64,000 nucleotides of DNA from a virus (lineage: Duplodnaviria > Caudoviricetes): IMG/VR virus record IMGVR_UViG_3300025401_000012; one strand, given 5' to 3'. This document shows, piece after piece, positions 34,832 to 48,100 of this stretch. Made by a program: the position numbers and the translations under genes. Within the stretch, counting starts at the first letter, position 1, and each line of letters opens with the position of its first letter. The notes beneath the pieces were generated by a model. It was given only the letters and a program-made list of their open reading frames with translations. It had not been told where the DNA came from and did not search any database.

Positions 34832-35914
34832 TTAATAACCGCCGGTTAATGGTGATCTTTTCCAAGTATTAGGTGCTGTACAAACATAAATGTAGTTGGT
34901 ATCCCATGAAATTTGTCCAATAGTACCTGTTGAATTTGAACTTTTTGTGCCGGATGTACTAGGCCATGCGGTATTTTGTATTGTGCCATCTTGAAAAGTT
35001 ACATTACCATTAGTTGCATTGATTTCAAATACTGAACCATTGATGGCAAAATTTCCAGAAGCATATAAATATCCGCTTAGTGATAAATTAGTTGCGGTAG
35101 TAGTTCCTGTCAATATAGGATTTGCATTAAAAACAGCATATCCAGTTCCAGTAGCATCGGGTATTATAGACAGCAACTGACTACTACTTGTATTTGCAAA
35201 TTGGTTTAATGTACTGGCAGTAGTTGTTAAAATACCGCTAGTAGGCAGTGTTACATTGGTAACACCAGTAGATGTTAATGTGATATTATTAGTACCTGCG
35301 GTAGTAAGGCTAACACCTAAAGTTAAAAAATGACCTCCTACAGATAGTGAAGTTTGCCCAAACTCGCCAAAATCATAATCATTGTTTGGAGGATTAGTAA
35401 TACCACTTAATACTCCAGTTCCATTAAAATCTACAGTATAACCTCTGCTATTTCTTTGCCAGCCAGTTGGGTAAGTAACAGAACCAAAATCTGCAATAAG
35501 ATTGGTAGTAGGAACCATTGCAGAAAATAAACCTGCAGCTATATTTGGATCTTGACCATATATGGTATTTTGTATATCACCACCGAACGTATGATGACCA
35601 TTTAAATTTAAATTATTGTTTAGTGTAGGAGTTGAATCGTTAATTAGTATAGTCTTTGCTTCTAAATTAACTGTGCTTGCATCAGTTGATATTGTTACTG
35701 TATTTCCTGTACTAGTTAATGTTTTAAATTCTAAATTAATACCGTTTTTATCGGCAAATACTCCAGTTCCAGAACCTAAGTTAACAGCAGTACTAATTGC
35801 TGCCTCAGCATTAAGAACAGCAAAGTTACTGTTTACCTTAGTAAATGCGGTGCGTAAATCGTCACCTGTGCCGTCATTAGCATAGCTACCTAAATTGATT
35901 GTTTGTATTGTCAT
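34832..35914 (-). CDS. Tail fibre/baseplate-attached protein with gp9/gp10-like N-terminal motif
   Basis: INLGSYANDGTGDDLRTAFTKVN; C-terminal GQISWDTNYIYVC...NTWKR; TAAATA at 35936-35931. Confidence 0.65.
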   Translation of the reverse strand: MTIQTINLGSYANDGTGDDLRTAFTKVNSNFAVLNAEAAISTAVNLGSGTGVFADKNGINLEFKTLTSTGNTVTISTDASTVNLEAKTILINDSTPTLNNNLNLNGHHTFGGDIQNTIYGQDPNIAAGLFSAMVPTTNLIADFGSVTYPTGWQRNSRGYTVDFNGTGVLSGITNPPNNDYDFGEFGQTSLSVGGHFLTLGVSLTTAGTNNITLTSTGVTNVTLPTSGILTTTASTLNQFANTSSSQLLSIIPDATGTGYAVFNANPILTGTTTATNLSLSGYLYASGNFAINGSVFEINATNGNVTFQDGTIQNTAWPSTSGTKSSNSTGTIGQISWDTNYIYVCTAPNTWKRSPLTGGY

Positions 35915-35933
35915 TTGCAGTCTCTTTTAGTAT

Positions 35934-36191
35934 TTACCATGTTCCAGCATCATACGTGTGCCTCTTCCAAATATTAGTAGTACCGTCATACGATGCTGTG
36001 CAGTAGTAAAAATATACAGAATCAAACGCAACCATTCCTGCTATATCGCCTGTTTTACCAGTACTGTGAGTAGGCACAATTTGCGGGTATAAATCAGCAA
36101 AATTTGCATTTACCTTACCAAATGCTACACGAATAGTATCTGCACCTGTAGCATTTGGTGTTGCGCCGATGTTTATATTTTGTTGAGTCAT
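35934..36191 (-). CDS. Miniature fibre-like protein (N-terminal attachment motif plus C-terminal motif)
   Basis: INIGATPNATGADTIRVAFGKVNANF and GMVAFDSVYFYYC...IWKR, both paralogous to the ends of 34832..35914. Confidence 0.65.
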   Translation of the reverse strand: MTQQNINIGATPNATGADTIRVAFGKVNANFADLYPQIVPTHSTGKTGDIAGMVAFDSVYFYYCTASYDGTTNIWKRHTYDAGTW

Positions 36192-39100
36192 TATGCTCTC
36201 CCTACAGCAACTTCAATGACTCCAGCTTCGCCGTAGTCCTTATCTTCTAATGCTTTGCCAACAATAGCACCTAAAGTAGGAGTTGCAGCACGTACGGCAT
36301 ATCCAGGAGTAGCACTTGTAGTTAAGATATCTCCTTTCTTCACCCGTCCTACAACTTTACATGGTACACGACCTGCAAGTGCAAGACACGCCCTAGTTCC
36401 TTTTAGTTGACTATTCATAGTATATGCCGGATCTGTTGTTACAATACCAGCACAACGTGTGTCATTAATTGTTGTAGTAGTTGTAGTTTCTGCATCACCT
36501 CCAAATACTAATACTGTACCAGGTTCGTATTCTGCATCAGCTGTATACCATTCAGCTAAGTCGCTATACGTAGCTTGAAGTTGTGTTCCAGTTCCGCTTA
36601 ATGTCCAAGTACCTGTAATAGTACCTGCATTAGTTCCACTACCTGTTGTTAATGTACTACTTAATAATGTTCCACCATATGTATACAAATCGATATAACT
36701 ACCGCTTTGAACTTGCCAATTACCTTGTATGCTGCCTTTAACAGTATTATCTGTACTATTAGTAAACAAGTTTTTAGCAAGTAATGTACCATTAGTATGA
36801 TCGACAGCACCGTACATTGTTGTAACTGTATTACTAGTAGTTGTACCCGTACTAGTCATAAAGTATGTTGTACCAGTACTTGCGCCGGGTGTACTAAAAT
36901 TTAATGTAGTTCCACTTACAGTTAATGCTGTGTAAGTAGAAACTTTTAAACTGCCAACATCAACACTCTTATCAGCTCCAGATTTTACAATACTGCTTAC
37001 GGCATTACTTACGCTAACTGGTGTTACACTATAAGTATTACCAGCTGTGCTAACACCATTGTAAGTTATAGTCATTATACCGCTTGAATTAAACGAAGTG
37101 TTTACAATACCGCCAGCATCACTAACTACTTGTGCAGGAGTAACAGTTGTTGGACTTGTTGCACTACCACTTCTGTTACCCAACAATGTTCCAGTAGCAA
37201 TTTGTGTAATAGCTGTTAATGGTACACCTGTAGTTGAACTAGAACTAGTTAACAAATCGACAAAACCAGTAGCGCTTACATTAAACACATTATTGTTGTA
37301 AACACTTAATCCTAAATCTGCCTGCACAATAGCGCCTGCTGTTCCACTTCCACTAGTTCCTGTTGCTAGTCCTTTGGCAACATTTAATGACAATTTGCTT
37401 TGAGCAATAGCGGCCGATGAGCTAATCATTGAATTAGTAATAGTACTACTATTGATTGTAGCAACAATATTAGTTCCCACATAAGTTATAGTAATATTAC
37501 TTGCGCCGCCAGTACTAGCATTAACCCATGTTGTACCATTGTACGCTAACAAATTATTTTGAATCGGTGATGCAATTAACACATCACTTAGTTTACTTAA
37601 AGCATTGAATAATGTAACTTTGCCATCAACATAAACTTTATTAGCTGCATCGGTAGTATACACTGGTGTAGCAAGATTACTAACTGTAAAGCCTGCAGCA
37701 TTAATATTACCTTTCATACTTAGACTTCCGTCTAATGCCAAGAATCCAGGACCAATTAAGTTGACCAGAGGAGTTAAACTTCCATTGTGTGTCAATCCTA
37801 AACGACTATCGATATAACTTCGAATTGCACTTTGTACTGGAATAACATCACTTGCATTTTCAGCCATAGTTCCATCTGTACTAAATGAACTAACAACTAC
37901 ACCTTTCTTAAATCCTAGACCGTCTAAGTTACTTAAGGCAATTGATGCTGAGAATGTAACAGTACCGGTACCTTGGTCAACTGTAAAGAATCGACCCACA
38001 CGGAAAATACCGTTTTCGTCTGTTGTTACATAAAACACACGACCAGTAGTTTCTTCTAAAATTTGCTGACTTGAAATTTCAGCAATAGCAGGATTACCGT
38101 AAATTTGTGTTGGGTAGTTACTGGTATTGTAACCGCCAGTACCAATATTCAAAAAGTCGTGACCTGTAGCACGAGTAGTTGAAATCTTAACAGTAATTTG
38201 TCCTGAACTAGCTGCAGGATAACCTAAACGTAATGTTGAACTTGTTGTAAGACTAAATGGTTTACTTAATCCTAATGCTGTAGAACTTGCACTAGTTACC
38301 TCAGGTGTTATTGTAGTAGTTGTAGTGTAAGTAGTTCCATATATACCAGGATCATATGGATAGGTTAATGTAATACTAGTAGTACTACTTGAGCTACATT
38401 GAAAATAACCATTGTACAAACTGTTGCTGTTACCTGCTACATAGAACCAAGCATTAGTTGTTGGTGCTGTAGTTGTTAAGAAACTTAATACAATACTATA
38501 ATTGTTATTACCAGAATTATATGTCTTACTAACAAAACCAGTACTAGTTATAGAACTGCCATAAGTATATCCTGGACAGTAGAATGTCATTAAACCAGTT
38601 CCAACAGTACCAGTTGTAAATGAATTTCCACCAGGTGTAGCACTTACTGTAATTTGTTTTGTACTAGAATTTACATTAGTAATATAATATGTAGTACCAG
38701 TTACTAGATTACCTAATGCTGTTCCACCACTAGGTGTTGTAAATGTAATTTGATTACCAATGCTAATATTATTGACAGTACTTAATGTAATTAAATTGTC
38801 GGTACCTGTAATTGTTGTTGAACTTACAGTATAGTTTGTACCAATATTAGTTGCAGTTTGCCATGTACTTCCACTTCCACTAGTAATGTAAGTGTAAATA
38901 TTGCTATTTACGGTACCGGGTGTACTTAATGCCCCTGTTGTACTATTGGTATAACTTACTATAGTTGTTGTACCTGATACACTTGCACTTGCTGCCGATT
39001 GGCTGGTATTAACAGTATAACTTGTACCTGTTGTAGGAGTTCCAGTTGCACTTTGATTTAATGTGTATGTGCCGGTTCCACCTGTCCCGCCCAAGAACGC

Positions 39101-42100
39101 ACTGATATAAGTTCCAGCTGTCACTGTACCACCACTTAATACCATACCAACGCTAATTGTTCCTGCAGAAATTGTTGCTATTGTTAGTGTTGTACTGCTA
39201 ATAGTACTAGTAAATGTTGCTGTATTAATACCAGTAATATATGTACCAGCAGTAATATTTGCACTAGTTACCACACTACCAATTGAAATGTTTGAACTAT
39301 TAGTTATAGTACCAGTTAATGATAATGTATTACCTGATATAAATCCAGATGTGCTGCTAAATGTAGTTGTACTAGAAGCGGTAACTGGATAAGTTCCATT
39401 ATAACCAGTCGGAACCATGCCTGTAACAGTAATTAATTGACCAACAGCGTATGGAGTTGTTAGCGATGTAATTACAGTAAATGTAACTGTACCGGTATTA
39501 GTACTGACAGATGCAACTGATAAACTTGTTTCTTGTGCTATACCTGCACCAGTTAATATCATACCATTTGTAACAGTGCCGGATACAGATCCAATTGATA
39601 ACACACCACTACTATTGATACTACTAGATGACATAGTAGCAGTAGTAGTTGCTACGGCTGTAGCGTTGCCGCTAGTGCCTGGATCAGTTGAGTACAATAA
39701 TTGAGCTTGTATAGTATTGACACCTGCATTAGCAGATACACTTACTGCTGTTGGCACAGTAATGACCGGTGTCAATATTGCGCCTCCTAGTACTGAACTT
39801 AATGTAATCGTTGGAGTACTGGTATATCCAAAACCAGGACTTACAACAGTAACAGCGCTAATACTTCCGCCACTGATTGTACAAACTGCAATAGCTTGTT
39901 GCGCAGGACTTGTTACCCCTCCACCTGAGAATGTTATTGTTGGTGGGCTTGTATACCCACTACCGCCGTTGGTAATAGTTACACTAGCTACTGTTCCTAA
40001 TAGTTGACTACTTACTACGGATCCATATTGAACCCAACAAGCAGGACTTACAGTAAATTGTGTTGAACTATCAATACTTTGAACAATTGTTCCACTTGGA
40101 ACATAACTAAATGGATTTGAAATAGTAGCGCCTGTGACTGTTGCCGACCCAGTAGTTGTACTTGCAATGACTACTCCAGTAAGTCCTGTTCCACTTACTA
40201 ATGAGTAAACAGTATAAGTGCCGTTGTATGCTGTAGTACCAGTAACACCTGCAATTACTATAACGCTATTAATACTAAATGGCGCACTAGTTTGTGTGCC
40301 ATAAGTTACAGTAAAATAACCTACACCAGGTGTACTAGCAGTGATACCGGTGATAGTAATACTAGTATTAATACTAGATACAACCATACCAGTAGTTAAA
40401 CTACTAGTGCTACTTGTTGTAATTTGAGTTTTATTAGTAATACCTACTACTTGATAAGTTCCATTATAGTTAGTATTGGCTTGGTTTGCTATTGTTATAT
40501 AACTATCTACTGGTGGTAATATAGCATTGGCGTTGTAGGGAATATTATAAGTAACAAATTTACTACTTGTACTATTAGGTTGTAGTGTTTGGCTAGCAAA
40601 CGTCATAGCACTAACACCTGTGCCAATACTTGATAAGTTGTAAACACTATTTGGATCAATAGTTAAGAACGCATTAGTAGCTGTTCCTATAGTCAATGTT
40701 CCACTCGGTACACCGCTTGGTGCAACATTTAACACAATTTGAGCTGTGCTCAATGTTGGTTGTGTAAAACTTACAATGCTTTGTGTACCATTAAAACCAG
40801 CACCTGTTATTAGAGAATTATTTGTAATTGTTCCAGCAACTGCTGTTAGATAAATTGTTGTACTATAACCTGTAAATGTATTACTTGTTACTAGTTGACC
40901 AATGTTAACAGTATAACTTGTACCTGTCGTAGGAGTACCCGTCGCTGATTGATTTAATGTCCAACTTGTACCGCTACCTGAAACAATATATGTTCCAGCT
41001 GTTACGCCAGTTCCTGTAATTGCCATACCAATTGATATGGTTCCACTTGTTACTGAACTAATGGTTAAAGTAGTTGTGCTAATAGTACCAATAAACACGG
41101 CTGAATTAACAGCGGTAATATATGTACTATTAGTTATACCTGAACCAGTAAGTCCCATGCCCACAGTAAATGATCCTGTGATAGTACTTAACGGAGTAAA
41201 AATATTTCCAATACTTGCACTGGCTAACCCATTACCAATAATACCTGTACTAGATGCTGTAGTGCTTAATGCTTGATTGAATAATCCGCTGGCAGGTATA
41301 TTTGATTGTGTATAGCTTAATACACGGAAAACTTTACCACCCCAACCTGTTAGATATGTACCTTGGTTAATTTGGTTAATAGTTGTTGATACGCTAGATG
41401 CCAAAACAGCAATTTTACTATCACCTAATTTTGAACCTTGTGATTGTGTTGAAAATACTACAGGTCCATACGGAGTCAGTGTTGGAACACCGCTTAATGT
41501 TACAGTATAGCTTGTACCTGTAATTGCACCGCTTGTAGCTGCGCTAGTAGTATTTGTTTGCCATGTACTACCGCTACCGCTACCGCTAATATTAGATATA
41601 ATATAAACAGTGCCTGTAACATTAGTACCAGTTAGCACCATACCGATGGCAACAGTTCCTGATCCTAATGTGCCAACTGTAAATACACCAGTGTTGCTAA
41701 TTGTAGATCCTGTTGTTACTGCTGTATTAGTTACAACAGTTGATACAGTTTGATTGGTAAAACCAATGCCTCCAAGAATTTGTCCAGCAATAATTGTACC
41801 ATTAACTTGATTAACTGTTAGCGTTGTGCTGCTTGTATTATTTCCTGAACCGTTAATTGCAACAAATCCTTTAGCCGCATAATTTACTAAGTCAGCATTT
41901 TGTATACTACTTGTATCATGATTAAATGATATGTAAGCAAACGAACTATCTGTAGTTAACACAGATGTATTTGCTGGCAATTGTTCACCAGTACTTTCAG
42001 TCAATCCGTAACTAATAATACGATAGATAGAACCTAAATTAGTACTATATTGTAATGCGGTACTTGGACGAACAGGTTTAACGTTAGTGATATTGTAGAA

Positions 42101-45100
42101 TTTAATATTTTGCAATACTCGAATAGTTACTAGTTGTCCGTCATATAACGGGTATGCTAGACCTGTTGTAGTTGTACTGTTTGTACCTGAAGTACTCAAT
42201 GCAAGAGACAATACATTTTGACCATTTACATATACTGTAGTATGGCTTACTGTATTAATTAAATATCTAGTAATCACTCCACCACTGGCTGTGTGATCAA
42301 TTTCTAATTCGCTTGTTGGCTCTGGAGGATACTCGTAGTTAATAATATATACAGTTAAATTTAAACTTGTAGCTGTTGTTTGCGAACTAGCAAAAATACC
42401 TTCTTTGTAGATACGTGCTGTTTGAACCATGTCGTTGGCCAAATTCACAGCATTAGGTAATTCAGTTACATCACTACCACTTGAACGTAATCCGTACACA
42501 CCATAGCTACTTGAGCCAGCAACAGAACGAATTTGTCCACCGTTTAATGCCCAATAGCTTACATAGTTGTAGTATGTAAACATACTTACAGCTTCTGCTG
42601 CACCACCGTTAGTTACTAATAATCCGTAACCTAAATCGTTTACCATAGTAAAGTCATTGCTCAACATTGACTTATTACCGCCCATTTCAATGTTGATACC
42701 AATATTGGCACCAGCGTTGATATAATTAACAGCGGCATCTTCAATGTCGATAGTACTAGTACCAAAAGTGTATGTTCCAGCGGCCTGTGCAGTCAATGTT
42801 ACAGGTAACCCAGTTGATGCACTAACTAATTGAATAGTTGAGCTAGTTGGAACATATGTATTAGCAACTGCTGTTCCTGCAGGTACCCCAGTACCTGTAA
42901 CAATCATTCCAGGCAATATACCTGACACACTACCAGTTTCGGTAAATGTCATGGTTAATGTACCAATAGTAGTAGTGATTGGGCTACCATTCAATGTTGT
43001 AGATAATGTAAATCCTGTTGTGCCAGTTACAGAAATAATATAGTAGATATTACCAGTTGTATATCCAGAAATACTTCCAGTACCACCTGCAGACCCGGTT
43101 ACTGTAACAGTATTACCGAGTACTAGTTTTGCACTATTACAAGTGAATGTTCCTGCTAGTCCAGTTGCTTGTACATTGCTTAATGTTGTATTTGCGCTGT
43201 TTGATATAGTGAATGAACTAGCACCACTTGCTCCACCGCTAGAATAAGTTGCGGTTACACTAGCAATCTTATTATTAGATAATGTATAAAAATCAGTAAT
43301 AGCACTTGTAGTTTGCGCTGTAATTACTGGTGGTGTACGAGTAACAGCTGGAGATCCTACAGTTAATAATATAGTGCCATCTTGATTACTGCCGCCTGTG
43401 CTAGCACTTGTTGCAGTAGCTGCATTGCTTAGTGTTGCGGTTCCAGTTGAAAAATTAATATTACTTAATGTTGTACTTGCTGGAATACCGGTACCTGTAA
43501 CAGTTACTCCATTAGTTAAATACGGGCTATAAGACAAATTGGTAATAGTTGTACTACCAGCAGTGATAGTTGCTGCTACAGTATCGTTAAATGCGCCGTC
43601 AGCAACATAATCAATTAATGTATTAAACAATGTGGAAATAGCCAATGCTTCGACACTAAACGCAAATGTTAATCCCACTGGCGTACCTGCTGTAGTTGAA
43701 ATCGCTGCACCACCCGAGTAGCTAGATAAAGTGAATGATGTTTGTGTGCAAGTTGTAATATAATATGTACCGTTTGCTACACTACCTGATCCAGTATTAG
43801 TACCACTAATAGTAACAGCTAGACCAACAACTAAAGTTCGTGGAGCAGTTGCAAATGTAAATGTTCCGCTAGAGCCAATTACAACACTACTTAAAGTTTC
43901 TGTGGCGGCTGTGTAAGTTGTAAGATTTTGAGTTAGCAAATTACCATTGCTTGGAGTTACAACTTGATTTTGAATAACTTGTTGTATTACGGTGTTTAGG
44001 CGTATATATGCTGCAATACATACTTGTGCATTTGTACCTAACTGGCTAGTACCGTTGTAATTTGAAGTATAGAATGTTTGTGCTATATCATAAATTGATG
44101 AATTGCCGCCGTATAACAAATCATAACTAATCGCATCAATAATATACCCAGCATCTCTTTGAGATTTAGTAGCTGTATAATTTGATAAACTAGTTGTTAC
44201 ATAATTATTTGCGATCCAAGCTGAGATTTCAGATTGTAAAAAATTCTTATTCAAAGTTATATTTTTACGAGCCTGACTAACAGTACTAGTTACACCAACA
44301 GGATCGGGATAAACTAATGTTGGTACACTAACTGTTCCATTTGCAATAATATTAGTAATATTGGCAAGAGAAGATGCTACTGTAGTCAAGGTAGTCGATT
44401 GTAAACTCAATGTATTAATTAATGAATTTGCATAGTTAAGCCCTTGAATTACAAATAACTCAGCTGTTGTTGTAACAGCATTTTGAGGTGCAAGATAAAT
44501 CAACCCTTGTTTAACACTTTGATAGTTTGAACCAAACACATTATCGTATGCAATAGCATCGACAATATTACCTAAGTTGCTTGCAAATGCAGCACTACTG
44601 TAAATTACAGCAGGGTTAAACGGTGTACTAACATCTAATGTAACAGTTACTTGAGGAGCATAGAATGTGTATGTTCCGGCAGCTTGTGTTGTTAATGCGG
44701 CTGAAAGAGTTAGTGTAGTACCGCTGATAGATTTAATATAAGTTCCAGTAGGAATACCAGTACCACTAATTACTTGACCAACTAACACTAGTAAATTACT
44801 AGCAATAGTTAAAGTCTTTGCACCAATTGCTCCGCCACTTACATAAGCAGCTGTTGTAATAGTAGCATTAGCATTATAACTTGTAACATTGTTGACTTGA
44901 TATCTAAAACCTTGCAAGTAAAATGCGCATGGTGTTTGCGGTGGTCTAACATCAAGACCACTATTAACTGTACCTTGAATAGTAACTGATAAACCGGCAG
45001 TACCATTGGCACTAGCAATACCAATTATATTACCAAATAATCTTCCAGTAAATCCGTCAACAAATTGTCCGCCCCTAAATGCTTGTGCGTTTATACTTGC

Positions 45101-48100
45101 ACTAAACACTGCACTTTCTTGACCATATGGCGATTTAGTTTTAATTTGTCCAGTTGGATCAAGTACCATAGCAAATCCGCCATGGCCTTGCATAGTCAAC
45201 AATTTAATACGTGTAGCATCATTACATAAGAATACATCCATGTTTTGATTATTCAATGGAGTACTGTTAATATCTAATGGATTACTTAGGTAATGACGTC
45301 CGTAATTAATAGTTCCAAATAAATGCCAACTATTTGCTGCGTATGTTTGTGTAGCTGTAAATGGATAAATTGTTGTACAATTAATTACGTTACCGCTAAC
45401 TGTGTTAATTACTGCCTTACCTGCTACAATATTACCGTAACTAGTTGCATTAATAGTAGTAGAGTAATTGTAAACTGTTATAGTGGCAGTTCCGCCACTA
45501 GTACCTGCACCTGTTACATTGATAGTATTGATTGCATACACACCATTATATGAAGCAGGAGTCATCCCTTCAATATTAATATTTTGACCAACAATATACG
45601 GACTAGATGGCATTAAATTGCCTTGAATAGTCTGGAAAGTCAACGTAGCTACATTTGTGCTAGTGTTTATAGATGCACTGGTTACTTGATATACAGCTTC
45701 AGTTAATACCAGACCTGGCCATGTTGAAATGGCCTGTACTCCATTACCAAGCGAAGCAGTAAATGTGCCAGATGTAGCTCCAATAGTTAATGCAGTAGCT
45801 GATAACTGAGCATAATCGGTTCCTGCATAATTTATTGGCCCAACTTGTAAGGCATCAATTACACCGTCTCGATAGAAGAATACATTACGCCATGGACTTT
45901 GACTGATACGATTTAATGGTCGAATAATTGTACGACGGAAATCATCTCCGCTAATGGTCACGTTTGCTGGAATTTTAATTGGATAGTCTTCGTAATAAAT
46001 TCCGCTTTCTACAAAAATTGTAATATTTAAATTACTAACAGTTTCGCCATAATCCAAATATTCCCCAACTTGGAAGAATCCTGGTTGTGTTAGATACATG
46101 TTAATTGTATCATATGGAACCGTGCTAAGAGGTTGTTTACCGGGAGTGTAACTTATAATTTGTCCAAGTGCATTAGACGAATTACCAATCAATATCTTGC
46201 CTGGTATAATATGTACATCTCCGGGTGTTCCTTGATCTACATACCCATTACCGCCGTTATTAAATGTGATACTATAATAACCAGTACCGTATGTACTAGT
46301 AGTTATAGCAGGAGCTGCTCCGAGTCCGGTAGTAATAATACTATAGGCAATGTACCATTGACTTGTGTAAGTATTAATGGCAGGAGTAGTTGGGTTATAA
46401 TTTGTGCTTAATGTAGCATTAGTTTGCTGAGTAACTAGTGTTTGATAGCGTTGAACATTGGTAGTTTGATTTAAAACTTGATATACTAGGCCAACATTAC
46501 TGCCGCTACCATCACCAAATGCAAATGTTAGTCCATCTATAGTTTCAGTATATTGTGTTCCAATAGCAATACCTTGTGCTGAAGCATTTTTATAATATGC
46601 TCGACCTGCATTGATACTTTGATATGTACCGTTAACACGCATATCAATAACCATGGCATCAACAATTAAACCAATATCTCTAGAACAAGTTGCTTGATTA
46701 TAGTTGAATCCACCGGTGTATTTGTTTGCAAGATAAGTTGTAGTTGCTGTTCCAACTGTAATATAATTATTGTTAATTAATGTTCTAGCATTAATGTATG
46801 TTGAATTATAAACTGAGTTACTAATTAACGGATTAGTTAATGTATAGTTAACTGTATTAGATCCGCCACCTGTAGTTGTTACTGTTGAAATAGTGGTAAT
46901 ATTATTCGTAGTCGAAGTAGTTACTGTAGTAGCACCAACAATAGTAATTATTTCACCTAGTAGCGAAGTAGTTGTTTGGTAGTTAGTTGCTTGTGTTCCT
47001 GTTGTAACTCCGCTGGCAGAACTCCAACCAGAATATTGAACTTGTGTAGTGATTTGTCCTTGCCCGCTAACAAACCCTACGGTACTATTAGTAGTATTTG
47101 CATATTGAACATAATTTGTTCCTACTCCAGTTACAGTAAATGATGTACCAGTTGTAGAGTTAAGACTACTAGGTGTTAGCCCTTGAACAGTAATTTGTTG
47201 GCCAATTGTAAATGGAGCAGAAGTTTGACTAGCAAAATTTAATTGAACATATCCTGTACTAGGAGTTGATACTGTAACACCAGTAACTGACAGATAATTT
47301 CCTAAACTTGCACTAGCAGGACTGTTGCTCAATACAGTACCAATAGTTGTTGAAATTTGTGTTAATGCAGCAACATATAAACTGTTTAATCCTGCACCAA
47401 TAGCATTTGCACTGGCAATAAATGTTTGTGCTACGGCACTGCTTGCTGTATTTCCACCGTAAGTTAAATCATAAGCTAATGCTTCGATGATATAGCCTAA
47501 TGCACGTTTAGTAGAAATAACATCAATAGTAGTTGTAGAATAATTTACAGCAATCCAAGATGTAAATTCGTTTTGCAAGAATAGAATATTGGCCAATAAT
47601 GCTGATTGTGCCTGACTATTTGCAGAAGGTAATCCTGTAGGGTTGACAAAAGTTGGAACTGTCCTGTTAGGTACCCCTACATTTAATAAATTGGTAATGC
47701 TGCTAAACAAATTAGTAATGATAGTGTTAGTTGTTGTATCATTAATAATAGAGTACGTAGCATTGATATAATTGATTGCTCCTTGAACTAGTCCAGTAGT
47801 CATAGGAACTAGACTGAGATTTAGGGCATTATTAACTGTCCAGGATAATCCTGATCCGCCAGTGATTATTGTACCATCGATTACGCCTGCTCCGCTAATA
47901 GTATCACCTATACCAAACGGCACACTTCCTGTAACACTTCCAGAAATTGTTAAAGTATTAGTAGCAATACTTCCTGTAAAGGTATCTCCAACTTTTTGTG
48001 AAGTTAATATACTTCTAATACTTTGTAATATACTATTACCATTAGAATATGTAGGAGCAGTTGCAGTAGGACTAGTATTTGTGCCATCGATTACATGTTG

